DNA from: an uncultured Dehalococcoidia bacterium
Lineage (GTDB): Bacteria; Chloroflexota; Dehalococcoidia; Lucifugimonadales; UBA3495
Assembly (NCBI GenBank): GCA_950072105.1
Contig: CATMOE010000020.1
Location: 1 to 55,503 of the forward strand
Reading direction: 5' to 3'
Length of the DNA: 55,503 nt
In this document: piece by piece, positions 18,601 through 27,671 of the stretch
How the letters are laid out: each line of letters begins with the position of its first letter
How positions within the stretch are numbered: position 1 is the stretch's first letter
The notes under the pieces: generated by a model
What the model was told of the DNA's origin: nothing
The model's database searches: none
Seen by the model: the letters and a program-made list of their open reading frames with translations, nothing else
Program-made: the position numbers and the translations under genes

Positions 18601-18727
18601 GCCTTATCCCGTCCCTGGAAGTTAATTCCGAGGCCAAGTGCGCGGTGGTTGGCGAACTGGTGAAGGCGTAGGTCAGATCCCCTCTATCGAGTCCGCTGGG
18701 GAGAGTGGGTTTAGCTTGCTTAGCCAT
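15635..18727 (-). CDS. Family III CoA-transferase (CaiB/BaiF) with two tandem domains
   Basis: Domain 1: LDGIRVLE, GAEVIKIE, NRNKYSVTLD, DVVIENY. Domain 2: LDGMRLID, GMEIIKLE, RNKIHVSLD, DVLVENVR, ADYFGG. Confidence 0.93.
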   Translation of the reverse strand: MAKQAKPTLPSGLDRGDLTYAFTSSPTTAHLASELTSRDGIRPIAYKWADQSQEVQDLITKVWKLEELSSDDLDKLPYEEYSRYLFDPRRRFDKPEALDGIRVLEVCRPDWSVFGLQFCGSLLAEHGAEVIKIEDPAKGDAMRWAGPPPDQGGAMKAEGENWPPHGTSLAGFCENRNKYSVTLDITSPQGREMFKDLARNVDVVIENYDPGFLDSLGIGYRQLRKINPRLVYCGITGFGQFGEESERKGFETATQAMSTLSSFTGAIRYDADSAEEAQEGSTPTRVGWPIGAISGGLGGAIAICGALLYRKRKSGKGQMIDVSSYGLMMRSSDCSFSWYSSTKEIRGPYGNWDMSLCPYGLHRTKDDRYVVVAGVGRLWWAICDAIGTENSDILKNAFAENSIRILWTPQQQINEEIDQWTAQLTARELDQIGIDGGFAAGAAQNIAEICASPHFVDRASILEVEDPLYGKVLIQGTRPSFSGSPGRIKWVSRPMGWDNETILKRYCGLSRDDLARLEKDGIVSHKGGSPNLITLQRTPVSSNGHHVSSDQSLVARARNGEELTEAEEDSLSYDDFCRYIYDQKTVSKKPKMLDGMRLIDFTTMILGPFQCAMLGELGMEIIKLEFPGRGDAMRYSGPPEDQGGFLRWTEEASGTKAEGILGEGVTEEVLPSTGSGLGWLDCARNKIHVSLDVHPGPGADILKNLVKKSDVLVENVRGGTMDAWGIGYRQLSKINPKLIYAASNGPGQWGRDDLPRASYDILAQAMGGSVYITGHPDGEQLKVPIWVADYFGGATATLGILISLLFREKSGEGQMVENSQLEAITRFLGPGITWYGKTGNIQERYGNRHLWVCPDGIVKASDGYVAIGADDNACVSLWQCIGSKADGLADKYPTNVDRVSESAQDEIYGVIEEWAAGKTVAEIESLAKRHGFGACPVKNSEDACSQIHYEERGEIQQINDPWYGSLKTQGPVPLYSGTPGYIEVAGKPIGWDTEDVLRRFCGFTSERIKELEELHVIGKVAGAENLRDWW

Positions 18728-18875
18728 CGGATCTATCTCCTTCTCACTGAGACGCTGGGGTCTCTCGGGTGGGTCAGCGCTGTGTTGTGGTCAGATATCT
18801 GAAACGGTGTCACCTAAGTTACTGAAAGCCGAAAGTGATTATCGTTACGTTACTATATACTGGGAGGACGAGGCT

Positions 18876-18904
18876 ACCATAAATTCTGGCTTCGGCCTTG
18901 TCAA
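18876..18904 (-). promoter_or_regulatory. Sigma70-type promoter for the CoA-transferase
   Basis: TTGACA-17 nt-TATGGT on the minus strand. Confidence 0.55.
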
Positions 18905-18977
18905 TATAGCCGTTGGTTTTACTTAAGAGTCGGTAACCCATACCCCTGGGTTTTGCCGTTGGAGAGGCGGGCGTTCC

Positions 18978-19006
18978 TTGTCACCCTGAGGTACGGCAGG
19001 TATTAT
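18978..19006 (+). promoter_or_regulatory. Sigma70-type promoter for the MBL phosphodiesterase-like gene
   Basis: TTGTCA-17 nt-TATTAT. Confidence 0.55.
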
Positions 19007-19101
19007 GTGCCTCTGCCATTGTGAGTTGGCAAATCGCCCTATCGAACCAGCGGCCCCGTTCCAGTAACTGGCCTGATTGGATCAACACTTGGGAGTGATT
19101 C

Positions 19102-19872
19102 ATGGAGCTGCGAATCTTAGGCGCTCACAACGCGGAGAGCAAGACCACCCGTTTGGAGTCTCACCTCATCGACAAGGTGTTGGTCCTAGACGCCGGGGGG
19201 CTTACCAGGTCGCTGAGTTTCGAAGAGCAAGCGGGCATCCGCGCCGTTATTCTTTCCCACCGCCATTTTGACCATGTACGCGACCTGCTACCTTTGGGGA
19301 TCAGCCTGCTTAACAGCGGGAAGACAGTTGACGTTTACGCCATCGAAGACACGGTGAAGTTCGTTTCAGAGAAACTCTTGGATGGAACCTTGTACCCGAA
19401 TTTCCTGGAATTCCCTAGTCCCGAAACACCGGTATTCCGCATGCACACCGTGGAGTTTTTCAAAGAATTTGATGTCTTGGGCTACAAGGCAATGGCAGTG
19501 CCGGTGTATCATGCTGTTCCGGCGGCGGGTTTCCAGATAATATCCGGCGACACTAGGTTGTTTTACACCGGGGATACGGGCAAAGGTTTGAGCGAGGCTT
19601 GGCCCCATGTTAATCCCAACGTTCTGCTCACCGAGGTTACTTTTGGCAACGGAGACCCGGACCGGGCGGCGGTGGCCGGGCATTTAACGCCGAATCTATT
19701 GGAAGAGTCGCTGAACGACTTTAAAGACCTGAAAGGGTATATCCCAAAGATTATCGTGGCCCACATGAACCCGGCCTGGGAAGCAACGGTTCGGAGGGAA
19801 TTGGCCGAGGTTGAGCAGCGCTTGGGGCTTGATATTCAGATATCCGAAGCGGATATGGTTCTGGATATTTAG
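19102..19872 (+). CDS. MBL-fold hydrolase, class II cyclic-nucleotide phosphodiesterase-like
   Basis: LDAG, SHRHFDH, HAVP, YTGDT, EVTF, GHLTP and AHM motifs. Confidence 0.8.
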   Translation: MELRILGAHNAESKTTRLESHLIDKVLVLDAGGLTRSLSFEEQAGIRAVILSHRHFDHVRDLLPLGISLLNSGKTVDVYAIEDTVKFVSEKLLDGTLYPNFLEFPSPETPVFRMHTVEFFKEFDVLGYKAMAVPVYHAVPAAGFQIISGDTRLFYTGDTGKGLSEAWPHVNPNVLLTEVTFGNGDPDRAAVAGHLTPNLLEESLNDFKDLKGYIPKIIVAHMNPAWEATVRRELAEVEQRLGLDIQISEADMVLDI

Positions 19873-19924
19873 GGTAGGGGATTCTGGACTGGATGGGGCC
19901 TTGTCACTCTGTGGTGGAGGGACG

Positions 19925-19965
19925 AAATCCCCCCAACCCCCCTTTACGAAAGGGGGGCGTTTTTT
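19925..19965. terminator. REP-like hairpin that may act as terminator between convergent genes
   Basis: ccccccttt-acg-aaagggggg followed by cgtttttt; a degenerate copy lies at 36852-36883. Confidence 0.6.
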
Positions 19966-19968
19966 GTT

Positions 19969-21777
19969 CTACCAGCCCATGGCGTAGCAGGCTCTTCTGG
20001 GGTCGGCTCCGGTGCTTAGGGCGCCGGTTTCTGGGTCGCGGCGGGAGACCGTTGCACCCATGCCGCAGTTGATTGTTCTCTGGACATTGTGGCCCATGGC
20101 ATGGAGGGCTTGGGCCGTTGCCAGGGGTATTGCGTCCTCTAGGGTCAAGAGTCCCGGGTTGTACACGTGGGGGTAGAAGGAGTTGGGGAAGTTCTGACTG
20201 GCGAAGCGGGGAGCTTCCACCGCTTGTTGTGGGTCCATTCCAAACACGACTACATTCAGTAGTATCTGTAGATTCGCCTGGGCCTGGTCGTCGCCGCCCG
20301 GGCAGCCGATGGTCATAACCGGGCTGCCGTCTTTGGTGACGATGTAATTGATCAGGGTGGTTCTGGGCCGCTTCCCGGGCTCCACCACGTTGGGATGTCC
20401 CGGTTCGCAGTTGAACATTTCGATGCGGGTGCTTAGGGCGCAGCCGATCTGGGGGAAGAATACTGACTTGGCGAAGGCGCCGCCGCTGATGGTGCCGCAG
20501 ACCATGTTTCCTTCCCGGTCTAACACCGACACGTGGGTAGTTCCGTCTTCGCCGCCGCCGCCGGCCGCTGCTTCGCCGCTGAGCACCGGTTCTGAGGCAG
20601 TTTCAGATTGGCCCTTGACCTGCTTGGAGTAAGGCCACGGGTCACCGGCCGGGGGCATGCTGGTGGTAGCCCGATTCAGGTCGATTTCCTGAGACCGTTG
20701 GGCAGCATATTCTGGGGATAGCAGCCCATCAATGGGGACCGTCGAGAAGGCGGGGTCGCCGTAATAGGCTTCCCGGTCGGCAAAGGCAAGATTCAAAGCC
20801 TCAGTTACGGTGTGGATGTAGGCGGGGGAGTTGTGCCCCATCGCCTGCAGGTCGAACCGGTCCAGCATGTTCAGTGCCTGCATCAACACCGGTCCCTGGG
20901 TCCAGGAGTCATGGCCCAGGATCTCGTAACCCCGGAATGTGGCTTTCACCGGCGTTTCGAACTGGGCGCGATAGTTGGCCAGGTCATCCAGGTCCATGAT
21001 TCCGCCCACGCTTTGGACACACTCCGCGATCGTGTTGGCGATGCCGCCCTGGTAAAAAGCGTGGCGGGCCGCTTGTATCCCTTCCAGCCGGCTGCAATCC
21101 TTCGACCCCGCATTCGCCAATCCTTTTAGGACGTCTGCCAGGCCGGGTTGGACCAATAGTGAGCCGGGAAGCGGCACTTGCTGGTTGTCGAAGAAGATCT
21201 CCGAACCACCCGGCGGGTAGTTTCGGAACTGCTCCATCGTGGCCGGCCACCCGAGCCGGGCTAGCATGTACTCGTAATGGGGGATGCCCTGCTCGGCATA
21301 CTCGATTGCCGAAACCAACACTTCTTCTATGGATTTGGTTCCGTATTTTTCCAGCAGGGTGAGAAACCCGTCCACCACTCCGGGAACGGTGAACGACAGT
21401 GGCGCCTGCATCCCTGGGCCGGTGGGAATCCGGTCAACTCCCTGGGACTTGTAATACTCGACGGTTGCCTTGGCGGGCGCCACACCTTGGGCGCTGAGGG
21501 ATAGAAGGTCACCGCTGGCGGGGTGGTAGAGCATGAACACCCCTTCGGCAGCCAGCGAGTAGGAAGCGATGGGCTCAACCACGGCGGCGGCGAACCCGGC
21601 GGCTACCAAGGCGTCGAACGCGTTGCCCCCGCTCAGGAGGATGCGCATGCCGGCCATGGACGTCAGGTAATGGCCGCTGGAAATCACTCCCCGGTTGGCA
21701 CGAATGACGGGACGCCCCGTATCCGGCAGCGCTACGTCATTCTGCTCCAGTTCGAGTGTTTCACGTTGACTTGTCAT
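19969..21777 (-). CDS. ggt: Gamma-glutamyltransferase family Ntn-hydrolase
   Basis: GGNAFDA, VPG, AFADR..YYGDP, autocleavage site GTTHVSV, PGKRPRTT, PGGDDQ and GADPRR motifs. Confidence 0.92.
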   Translation of the reverse strand: MTSQRETLELEQNDVALPDTGRPVIRANRGVISSGHYLTSMAGMRILLSGGNAFDALVAAGFAAAVVEPIASYSLAAEGVFMLYHPASGDLLSLSAQGVAPAKATVEYYKSQGVDRIPTGPGMQAPLSFTVPGVVDGFLTLLEKYGTKSIEEVLVSAIEYAEQGIPHYEYMLARLGWPATMEQFRNYPPGGSEIFFDNQQVPLPGSLLVQPGLADVLKGLANAGSKDCSRLEGIQAARHAFYQGGIANTIAECVQSVGGIMDLDDLANYRAQFETPVKATFRGYEILGHDSWTQGPVLMQALNMLDRFDLQAMGHNSPAYIHTVTEALNLAFADREAYYGDPAFSTVPIDGLLSPEYAAQRSQEIDLNRATTSMPPAGDPWPYSKQVKGQSETASEPVLSGEAAAGGGGEDGTTHVSVLDREGNMVCGTISGGAFAKSVFFPQIGCALSTRIEMFNCEPGHPNVVEPGKRPRTTLINYIVTKDGSPVMTIGCPGGDDQAQANLQILLNVVVFGMDPQQAVEAPRFASQNFPNSFYPHVYNPGLLTLEDAIPLATAQALHAMGHNVQRTINCGMGATVSRRDPETGALSTGADPRRACYAMGW

Positions 21778-21914
21778 ACGTTTCCTACCCGTGTTTGGTG
21801 GCAAGGCATTGCATGCTTGCACCGGTGGGTGCTAGAGAACTAATAATGCGAAAAGCCGAACTCTTCTTGCCGTTCCAAGTATGCCCCGCCCCTATAGCTG
21901 GGTCAACCGCGGGA

Positions 21915-21943
21915 TTGACGGCGAAGGGGCATGAATGCATACT
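21915..21943 (+). promoter_or_regulatory. Sigma70-type promoter for the LLM gene
   Basis: TTGACG-17 nt-CATACT. Confidence 0.5.
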
Positions 21944-21993
21944 TCTGCCACCAGTCTAGTCTGCCCGCCGGACCGGGCAACAGGGGGGCTCAC

Positions 21994-23181
21994 ATGGTTA
22001 AAGAAGTGATGTTCTTCACCGAGATGGGGTATTCAGCGTACCCCCAGGAAGAAGCGCTGCAGAGGGGTTACAACAATCTGATGTTCCCCAACGAATTCTT
22101 CAGCGCCGAGAAGGCCAACGAGCTCTACGGCATGTACTTTGAAGAATTGCAGCACTGCACCGAAGTGGGATTCGACGGAGTAATGATCAACGAGCATCAC
22201 AATAACCCCCTGTCCATGATGCCTTCGATCAATGTCATCGGCTCGGTCCTGGCCCGGTTGACCAAGAAGGGAAAGATATGCTTCCTGGGAAACGTGCTGC
22301 CCATCCACGAAAACCCGCTGCGGGTGGCCGAGGAAGTGGCGATGATCGACTGCATTTCCGGCGGCCGGGTGGTATGCGGCTTTGTTCGTGGCATCGGCCA
22401 AGAGAGCATTGCCAGCAACACCAACCCCGTATATAACCGGGAGCGTTTCGACGAAGCTCATGACCTGATAATCAAGGCATGGACCGAGCCTGGCCCGTTT
22501 CGTTGGGAGGGTAAGCATTACCAGTTCCGGGTGGTTAATCCCTGGATGATGCCCCTACAGAAACCCCACCCGCCCATCTGGATCCCCGGCGTGGTCAGCC
22601 CGGAGTCGGTCACCTGGGCAGCTCGGCATCGATACCCCTACATCGCCCTTGCTCCGCCCTTGGACCTTGTGTCGGAGATCTACGAGCTCTACGACAAGGT
22701 AGCCGCCGAAGAGGGGTATACCCCGACCTCGGAGAATCGGGGCTACGCCGTTAGGGTGAACGTGTCGGACAGTGACGAAAAGGCCTACGAAGAAGGCAAG
22801 AACTTTTACTGGCAGCAAGGCACATCATTCGGAACCGCGCCGCGCCATTGGCAGGCCCCACCGGGCTACCAGACGCGGGCGGCGCAGCAAAGCGGCCGGG
22901 CGGCGCGACGGGAGACCACCAGGAACGTCCCCGACATTACTCCCGGTGGCCCCAGCCTGGACTACGAACAGGCCCACGCCACTCACCAGATAGTCACCGG
23001 AAATCCGGAGACGGTTTTTCGGAAGTTAAAGGAAATCGTCGACATCGTGGACCCGGCTTACTTGGTGCTGTGGGGACGGGAAGGCCCCATGAAACACGAT
23101 GTGGCGATGCGGTGCATCGACCTTCTGGCTCAAGAGGTGATCCCGGCCATCAAGGAGTATGTGCCGGAAAGGTACAGGTGA
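21994..23181 (+). CDS. LLM-class flavin-dependent oxidoreductase/monooxygenase
   Basis: GFDGVMINEHH, PLRVAEE.AMID..SGGR, PLQKPHPPIW motifs; GGGGG RBS before ATG 21994. Confidence 0.92.
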   Translation: MVKEVMFFTEMGYSAYPQEEALQRGYNNLMFPNEFFSAEKANELYGMYFEELQHCTEVGFDGVMINEHHNNPLSMMPSINVIGSVLARLTKKGKICFLGNVLPIHENPLRVAEEVAMIDCISGGRVVCGFVRGIGQESIASNTNPVYNRERFDEAHDLIIKAWTEPGPFRWEGKHYQFRVVNPWMMPLQKPHPPIWIPGVVSPESVTWAARHRYPYIALAPPLDLVSEIYELYDKVAAEEGYTPTSENRGYAVRVNVSDSDEKAYEEGKNFYWQQGTSFGTAPRHWQAPPGYQTRAAQQSGRAARRETTRNVPDITPGGPSLDYEQAHATHQIVTGNPETVFRKLKEIVDIVDPAYLVLWGREGPMKHDVAMRCIDLLAQEVIPAIKEYVPERYR

Positions 23182-23302
23182 GGGGTTCGGGGCGGTAGGC
23201 TTTTGGGCTTTCAAGCGATGTGGACGCAGGTAGGGGCGTCCTTAAGGGAGCGAGATCCGGGGAAAGATAATGGGAGGATGTTGTAGATGCACAGCGAAGG
23301 CT

Positions 23303-23731
23303 CTACAGAACCAACTTGTTGGCAACTGTAGCGAGATTGCCCCGGAAAGTGAAATCGGAGGACTTGACCGTGAATTCAAGCCTTCCGGCCGTGGGATCGT
23401 GCCGCATTCGCCAATTTCGCAGTATTTCTTGGCCCAACAACGACGGCAGCGTATAATTGGAGTTGGAATTTATTGGGGCTATCCCTATCTGGATCGAATA
23501 GGCCCGGATCGTAGAATTTCCTTCCGCGAAGAGTAGCATTGCTTCCTCTTGGAAATAAATCACTTGACCTACAATACCAGATACCGGAAGAACTCCTCTC
23601 AGCTGAGAGGCCGGTATATTCAGTCGCAAGACATCTGCAGGCATTAGAGTTGTACAGTCTGCCCCTGTGTTTACCAAGAAATTAGCACGAGCAGATATGC
23701 GAAGCCTAGGCAGAGGGATTTTTACGGTCTC
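23303..23731 (-). pseudogene. 5'-truncated retropepsin-like aspartyl protease remnant (DTG changed to NTG)
   Basis: FLVNTGADCTTL and PSLLGQEIL motifs; the frame is closed upstream by TAA 23732-23734 with no good start or RBS; more AT-rich than its flanks. Confidence 0.65.
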
Positions 23732-23772
23732 TTAAGCTTCTACACTTCCGCCGCAGCCCAAACCCGCGCCTC

Positions 23773-24639
23773 CTATTGCCTGCGAGGCGTGGGGGGCGGG
23801 GGTACGGGCGGAGGGGGCCAGGCCCCGGTTAGGTAGTCGTACAGGTTTCCGGCGCTCATGCGCATGACCAAAGGCGCCATGCCGTCCTGCCCCACGTCCA
23901 TGGGATACCGGTCGGTCATCTTGGTCAGACTAGACACCGCTTGGTCTCTGGTGATTCCCTGATCGATGGCTCCCTTGACGTACTCTTTCCATTCCAGGAT
24001 AAAGGAGCCCTGTTCGTCCAGGTAACCTTTGTCGCAAAGTTCGCCGTGGCCGGGCACGAATATCTCCTCGTCCAGCTTACTCAAAGAGTCCAACGCCGTT
24101 AGCCACAGGTCGGGATTGGCCTCGTGGAGCCAGGTTTGTACTCCGCGGAAGATGTTGTCGCTGGTGAACACTACACCCTCTTCTTTTATCAAGATCGCGG
24201 CTTGGTAGAGGGTGTGACCGGGCATGTGGATCATCTCGAAGGTATGGTCGCCCACGTGCATGGTCATGCCATTCTTAAATGTGATCACCGGGTAATTGAA
24301 CTGGTAGCCTTCCAGCAGGGCAGGCTCTTCGGGGCCGAATGCCGCCACCCGGGAGACGTGGTCGGCCAGGTCGGTGTTGAGCATCCGGGTCCGCACCCCT
24401 TCATGGGCGATGACGGGAACGTCGAAGAAGGCATTCCCCGTCCAATGGTCGCCGTGGGGCTCGGTGTTGATGATGTACCGAAGCTGTCCCTTGCCGGCGA
24501 TCTCGGCTTTGAGCCGCTGGGCGTCGCTGGGCTTGTGCGGGCTGTCGATCATCACGATGCCGTCGGAGGTGGTGACGTACCCGAAATTGCAACCCCGGAC
24601 ATCGGTCTCCGCGAAGACGTTGCTGGTTATCTGTTTCAT
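23773..24639 (-). CDS. MBL-fold metallo-hydrolase (cyclase/glyoxalase II-like)
   Basis: INTEPHGDH, PGHT, FTSD and VPGHG motifs; GGAGG RBS. Confidence 0.88.
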   Translation of the reverse strand: MKQITSNVFAETDVRGCNFGYVTTSDGIVMIDSPHKPSDAQRLKAEIAGKGQLRYIINTEPHGDHWTGNAFFDVPVIAHEGVRTRMLNTDLADHVSRVAAFGPEEPALLEGYQFNYPVITFKNGMTMHVGDHTFEMIHMPGHTLYQAAILIKEEGVVFTSDNIFRGVQTWLHEANPDLWLTALDSLSKLDEEIFVPGHGELCDKGYLDEQGSFILEWKEYVKGAIDQGITRDQAVSSLTKMTDRYPMDVGQDGMAPLVMRMSAGNLYDYLTGAWPPPPVPPPPTPRRQ

Positions 24640-24674
24640 GGCTTGCCTCCGTGTGGCCCGAATTTGATGGTGGG

Positions 24675-24703
24675 AGCTTACTCCAGGCTTCTCTGAGCGT
24701 CAA
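24675..24703 (-). promoter_or_regulatory. Sigma70-type promoter for the MBL gene
   Basis: TTGACG-17 nt-TAAGCT on the minus strand. Confidence 0.5.
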
Positions 24704-24860
24704 TGATGGCTATCCGAATCGCTGCTATGACCGGCGCATCCTATCCTTACCTCCGATCGATGGCTTGTGACAGCGCCGGTCTTCCGGGTATTATTGGGTA
24801 CTCCGGCGTTATCCGGGCCCAACGCCACCGGTGGAGCGACACCCAATCTTGGGAGGCATT

Positions 24861-25361
24861 ATGGCCGGAAAACTACAACAATCGGACCGGTTCCCGTCAC
24901 TTACGTTGAATCTGTTGGACGGGAGTACGATCAAGTTTCCCGAAGAGGCGCCCTCACGATATACGGCGTTACTGTTTTACCGCGGTATTTGGTGACCCTA
25001 TTGCGCTCGGCAGTTAGCCGAATGGGAAGCAGCCAAGGGCGAGTTGGAAGGACTGGAGGCGACTATCATAGTCGCCAGCGTGGATGACAAAGAACACGCT
25101 CAAGAGATGGTAGACAAAGGATTCTCTTTCAAGATGGCCTATGGCGTCACCAAAGAGGAATCCGACAACTTCGGCGCCTGGTGGTCCGAGGACCGGGGCG
25201 GCTACATCCAGCCCTCAGAATTCCTTATTGGCCGCGGCGGAGTTGTCCTGGGGTCGATATACGCGTCGGGTCCCGTGGGCCGGATGGGCGCCGACGAGGC
25301 GATCCGGCTGATCACCAGGCGTGAGTCCATGCGCAAGGAGCAGGAAGGGAAGGCGGGGTAG
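24861..25361 (+). CDS. Peroxiredoxin-like AhpC/TSA-family protein, probable selenoprotein (UxxC; UGA 24993-24995 = Sec45)
   Basis: GGAGG RBS and ATG 24861; MAGKLQQSDRFPSLTL...LLFYRGIW-UGA-PYC, in frame with the truncated ORF 25044-25361; 166 aa. Confidence 0.88.
24996..25026 (+). promoter_or_regulatory. Candidate bacterial SECIS element
   Basis: ccctat...tcggc-[agtta]-gccga-atggg; the apical loop begins 16 nt after the UGA with GU at loop positions 2-3. Confidence 0.6.
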
Positions 25362-25410
25362 CCTTTGGATTATTCGTGGCGCCATTAGGGTGAAAGGGGC
25401 TGACCCGACG

Positions 25411-25530
25411 CACCCCCTCTCTAACTCTCCCTCATAAAAGGGGCGAGGACAGATCCCTTCTCCCTCGATGGGGGAAGGTTAGAGACTGCCTTGATCCTTC
25501 GGGAGAAGGACGAGGGGATGGGTGTGAAGC
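25411..25530. repeat. Family-B REP-like repeats (inverted pair)
   Basis: caccccctctctaactctccctc...gggg followed by cccttctccctcgatgggggaaggttag...gatgggtgtga. Confidence 0.65.
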
Positions 25531-25583
25531 ATCTGGGATCAAATGCAGATTGAAGGGACAAGACAACAACCTCGGCGGTGTTT

Positions 25584-26396
25584 ATGAACGACCAGGAAAC
25601 CGTGGACAATATGGAGGCCGTTTGGCGGTCCTTTGAAGGTCTGTGCTCGAATTTCGAGGATAGAGAGTGGGGGACGCCGACGGACTGCCCCGGTTGGTCC
25701 GTTCAGGACCAACTCTCGCACCTGGTAGGCAGCGAGTGCCGCTTGTTGGGAAGGCCGCTGCCGGAGCACGTGCCCGAGGATACCGGCCACGTTAAGAACG
25801 ACTCCGGACAGCGAAACGAAGTGCTGGTGGATTTCCGGCGCTCTCGATACGGCAGCCAAGTCTTGGAAGAGTTTCAAGAGGTGACCGAGGAGAGGCTGGC
25901 TATCCTCCGAGCAATGACCGAAAGCGATTTTGACGAGGAAACCGATACCCCCATCGGGCGGGCGCCCGTTCGCGAATTGCTAGCCATCAGGATCTTCGAT
26001 GCTTGGGTGCACGAGCAGGACGTCCGCCGGGCGGTCGGACAGCCCGGACACATGGATGGTGCGGTAGCCCGCCACGCCATGGACCGTATGGTCATGGCGA
26101 TGCCCTACGTGGTGGGGAGAAAGGTCCAGCCGGAAGACGGAACAGGGGTGGTGATCAACGTCAGCGGGTTAGCCGGCCGCGTGTTCGCCGTGGCCATGGA
26201 AGGAAAGCGGGCCAGCTTGCTCCCTTCGTTACCGGTTCCACCGACCGTAAGTCTCAGCATGGACCTGGAGACGTTCGCTTGCCTGGCCTGCGGGCGTTGG
26301 GAGCCACGGACAGTTCTGGACACGGAGCGGATATCCATCCAAGGGGACCGGGCGTTGGGGGAATCAATCGTGGAAAATCTGAACTTCATGATCTGA
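25584..26396 (+). CDS. Maleylpyruvate isomerase family (MDMPI/DinB superfamily) protein
   Basis: TDCPGWSVQDQLSHL and DAWVHEQDVRRA motifs; C-terminal SCP2-like domain. Confidence 0.9.
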   Translation: MNDQETVDNMEAVWRSFEGLCSNFEDREWGTPTDCPGWSVQDQLSHLVGSECRLLGRPLPEHVPEDTGHVKNDSGQRNEVLVDFRRSRYGSQVLEEFQEVTEERLAILRAMTESDFDEETDTPIGRAPVRELLAIRIFDAWVHEQDVRRAVGQPGHMDGAVARHAMDRMVMAMPYVVGRKVQPEDGTGVVINVSGLAGRVFAVAMEGKRASLLPSLPVPPTVSLSMDLETFACLACGRWEPRTVLDTERISIQGDRALGESIVENLNFMI

Positions 26397-26415
26397 AGCC
26401 GCCCGTCCCGCTGGG

Positions 26416-27390
26416 TTATTTCGAAGGGAACCGGGCGGCCAGAATATCCACGATAAGCCGAGCCGCCAAGCCGATGGTCACCTCTGACGCATCGTAGGGC
26501 GGGGCCACCTCCACCATGTCGAAAGCTACCAAATTGGAACGAGTCACCAGGGCGGTGAGACACTCCCGGGCCTCATGGTAAAACAACCCACCGGTCTCCG
26601 GAGTTCCCGTGCCGGGGGCTTGGCTGGGGTCCATCACGTCGATATCAAAGGTGATGTAGAGGTTTTCGCCCTGGGGAATAAGCTCCGCCACTCCTTTGGG
26701 TCCCAGTTCCCGGAACCGGTTGGTGGTGATGATCAGGGTGCCGTCCTGCTTTGCTTCTTCGTAAGGCTTCCGCCGGGCCGCCCGGATGCCGGCCGAGGTG
26801 ATGTGGTCCACGAAGGGCAACTCCCGGCATCGGCGGATGGGGCTGCCGTGGGTGTATAGCACGCCTTGGACGTCGTGGGTGTAGTCGAGGTGGGCGTCGA
26901 AGTGAACGATGTTCAAGGGCGTAAACTTTCCCAGCCCCCGGACCACCGGGAAGGTGATGGCGTGGTCGCCGCCCACCACCACGGGAAATGAGCCCCGTTC
27001 CACCACCTTTTCAACGACAGCAGTCAGCTTCCCAAAGTTCTCCACCACCTCCGAAGGCACGATCGTGAGGTTGCCGCAGTCGGCCATCGTCACGCCCCGC
27101 AGCAACTCGTCCTCAATGTCGATGTCGAAGAGCCCCTCCGCCGGAGTCTGAGCCCCGAAGGGGTCCGAATAGTTGTATCCCCTGGGAGCGTCCCGGATTG
27201 CGTCGGGTCCGAAGCGCGCGCCGGGCCGGCCAAAGGTGCCCTGGTCGAAGGGAACACCGATGATTGCCACGTCGGCGTCTAAATCGTCCAGATCGGTGCA
27301 CAAGGGGGCCTTGAAGAAACTTCGAGGCTGGGCCCGTATGATGGGCCAAACTTCGCCGGGGGCCTGATCGCTTTCATTTGGTCGGGTCAT
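26416..27390 (-). CDS. speB: Agmatinase-like ureohydrolase (arginase family)
   Basis: RPGARFGP, GGDHAIT, DAHLD, HG, DIDVMDP, PGTGTP and VEVAP motifs; substrate not certain. Confidence 0.88.
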   Translation of the reverse strand: MTRPNESDQAPGEVWPIIRAQPRSFFKAPLCTDLDDLDADVAIIGVPFDQGTFGRPGARFGPDAIRDAPRGYNYSDPFGAQTPAEGLFDIDIEDELLRGVTMADCGNLTIVPSEVVENFGKLTAVVEKVVERGSFPVVVGGDHAITFPVVRGLGKFTPLNIVHFDAHLDYTHDVQGVLYTHGSPIRRCRELPFVDHITSAGIRAARRKPYEEAKQDGTLIITTNRFRELGPKGVAELIPQGENLYITFDIDVMDPSQAPGTGTPETGGLFYHEARECLTALVTRSNLVAFDMVEVAPPYDASEVTIGLAARLIVDILAARFPSK

Positions 27391-27671
27391 GTTTCCCTCG
27401 ATTGGCGATGCGGTTGAGTGATATATGGCCCAAGTTTAGCAGCATGCCCTAACCGGGTGCCATCGTTCAGCATGGAGCAGATCGTACATCCTGTAGGTCT
27501 CCGTCATCCCGGCCCTTCCGCGGACGGGGGATCCAGAGCACGTCTGCGCAACGCCAAGCCCCGACCCGGCAACCGCGTCTGCGACATTGCCTCTCGGTGG
27601 CGCGGCAACCGGGAATTACATATACTCGGGCCACGAAACGGGCTCCAGGCCCGGAAAGAGGAGAATATAAG

